Shown here: one piece after another, positions 61,850-64,000 of the stretch
Layout: each line of letters opens with the position of its first letter
How positions within the stretch are numbered: position 1 is the first letter of the stretch
Assembly: GCF_000150275.1 (NCBI RefSeq)
Contig: NW_002060970.1
Span: forward strand, 208,197 to 272,196
Direction of reading: 5' to 3'
Source of the DNA: Trichoplax adhaerens
Taxonomy: Eukaryota; Animalia; Placozoa
DNA: 64,000 nt
Notes under the pieces: model-generated
What the model was told of the DNA's origin: nothing
Seen by the model: the letters and a program-made list of their open reading frames with translations, nothing else
Database searches by the model: none
Translations under genes and position numbers: made by a program

Positions 61850-64000
61850 GCATTAGCTTTAGATATGGAGGACCTAGATATTATAGCGCTGCGATAGCAC
61901 TTGTTACTGACTCTTGCCGTTCATTGTGAACAAAGGCCGATAGCTATTATTAAATAAAATTAGGCTAAATTTTTATCCAGGTTAGAAATGAAACAGGTAC
62001 GTTAATCTCCTGATACGTATCTTCATCACATTAATGCAATGGCAAATCTTACGGCTATAATTTTAGCTAGCTTGTTCATACCATAAATTTGAAGGTCTTC
62101 GATAGACTAGATTTCTAAAGAAAATTGTATATCGATGTTGTATGTAACATAATTAATATACTATATACATATATATATATATATACCCGTATAGAATCCT
62201 CCATGCCAGTTAAAGCAGTATGAAGTATCAAAAAGTTAAGAAAGTACACGTATGGATCTATACCATGTTATACTACATAACACATATATACAATATACTA
62301 TCGCATTAGTTATATTCAAGACTGTAGATGCCGTTTATATTAATATGCTATGGTATTAGTCTACTCGTATAATTATTAGTGATAAGGAACGGCTTGAATT
62401 GAAAGCATATCTGGGTATAGCAACCATTTTTTTGTAGAAATTGAAAATTTAGTACAGGAATTGTCTCTGTCAGTAAAGCGACATGAATTGTGCTAATAAT
62501 TAATTAATTATAGAATCGACTAAACACGCTCTTTAAGACTATATAATAAATTAAGGAAGCATCTAAATTCCTCTACACACAGTAAAGATATGATGACAAT
62601 TACAGGATAGATTTAAGATACTTTAGTAAGCTGTTAATAAATATACAGAAATATCTATTTACTCTACTGTACACATGGGTCCATCTCATAGTATTAGCAT
62701 AGTAATTATATTTGTAACAATAGACTAAATGAACATCATAGGAAAGTGCATAGCAAGTACATGGCACAAAAACCTATCCGGCAATTATTACCAGGCGGAC
62801 AAAGTACGCTATTAAAATTGTTGCAGGCATAAGCCCTCTAGACATAACTATAAACTATGCTACTTAGATTCTTGCTTGTTATATGTACATCGAACGCATT
62901 CGAGCATTATTACAGTACTAGATGGTAGATACGTACCTTGTAATTTATATTTACTTCTGTATGATCTCAGCAATAAGAACTCTACTCGTATTCACGTCAT
63001 CCAAATTTCAGTATTATCGTATGATACTAGCTGGGCACACGAGTATGATGCATGCGTACATCATTTATTTTATCCTCTTGTGTTAAACTGCATATACCTG
63101 GGTAAGCTCTATATGATACTGTACACTAATTTTAAACGAGGTACCGAATGTACCCTTATCGACCTTGATAAACAGTCTAGTTCAAGCTTTACTGGAACAA
63201 TGGTATGTATTCTTGAATTAAACGGCAAAGTATCGATCCTAAATTCTCAATATATTACAGATTGAATTTTCAAATGAGATTACTTAAAGTTAAGTTTCAT
63301 AATTATCAACTACAATAAGTTTCGCTTTGATTTTTGTGTCTTTAATTTTATTCCTGTTAATGAAAGAGTGTACAAACCCTACATAAATATACATTAAATT
63401 ATCTTTACTACCTAGGCAGCAAACATAGGAGCAAACGCTAAACTATGAAGATATAAAATCCGTATCTACCGCAGAAACCGTTCATAAACCAACAAGTACT
63501 TCGTTAAATGAAGCACTATATGCGGCGACTAAGTGAATGCTCTCGAAGACTTAGACTAATTTCGAAAAATTTCGCATTAAAGGTACGTTACGTAAAATTA
63601 TGGTCGTATCATACAAATCATATACAGATAAAATTATAAGTCTATACAAGCAGCGGTTTGCAGAACACTTTTTATCCAGTCTAAATTCGAATTACTATAA
63701 TTTGTGTGAACACTGTACAGTATTTCATAAATAAGCCAAACTCTTCAGTCTATTGATGATCTAGTAGAAGAAACGCAAAAATTAATTCATTACATCGGTC
63801 ATTGAGCGTAAAATAGGTGTGTTGTAAACAAACATTAGGCAAACGTTAACATTACCCTGAAAACTGAAAATTGGGTTGTGAACCAAGATCGTTAACATTA
63901 CCCTGCTGATCCTTATCAACATTTGTACAAACTTTAGATTTATCCGACTGCAAGGAAATGTTTGGCTGAAGTAAAAATGCCTTCGCACCGTCCATATTCC

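Noticed and set aside
63782-64000. GC-richer window end with short minus-strand open frames and a 16-bp direct repeat (CGTTAACATTACCCTG)
   Set aside because: It may be the terminal exon of a gene outside the window, but there is no recognisable protein motif to support a call.

Overview
AT-rich, compact, intron-dense animal genomic DNA with short GT-AG introns. It is not prokaryotic, and most entries in the ORF track are single exons or antisense shadows. The style fits an early-branching metazoan such as a placozoan, but that is inference. Splicing by eye gives six multi-exon genes. (1) Adhesion GPCR-1 on the minus strand: C-type lectin-like domain, TTEA-repeat mucin stalk, GAIN/GPS, 7TM. 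(2) CRELD on the plus strand. (3) A paralogous adhesion GPCR-2 on the plus strand: two CTLDs, Ser/Thr stalk, GAIN/GPS, 7TM, PDZ-ligand tail. (4) TIM17. (5) A KMT2E/MLL5-type PHD plus pseudo-SET protein. (6) MIC19/CHCHD3 on the minus strand. Main points of interest: the single CRELD gene appears to encode both a CRELD1-like two-TM isoform and a CRELD2-like soluble HEEL-terminated isoform, and has a perfect ATF6-type ERSE upstream. CRELD sits between an inverted pair of lectin-mucin adhesion GPCRs. The first 6 kb holds five solo-LTR-like elements with 5-bp target-site duplications, two of them nested inside a third. All exon boundaries are manual and need RNA confirmation.
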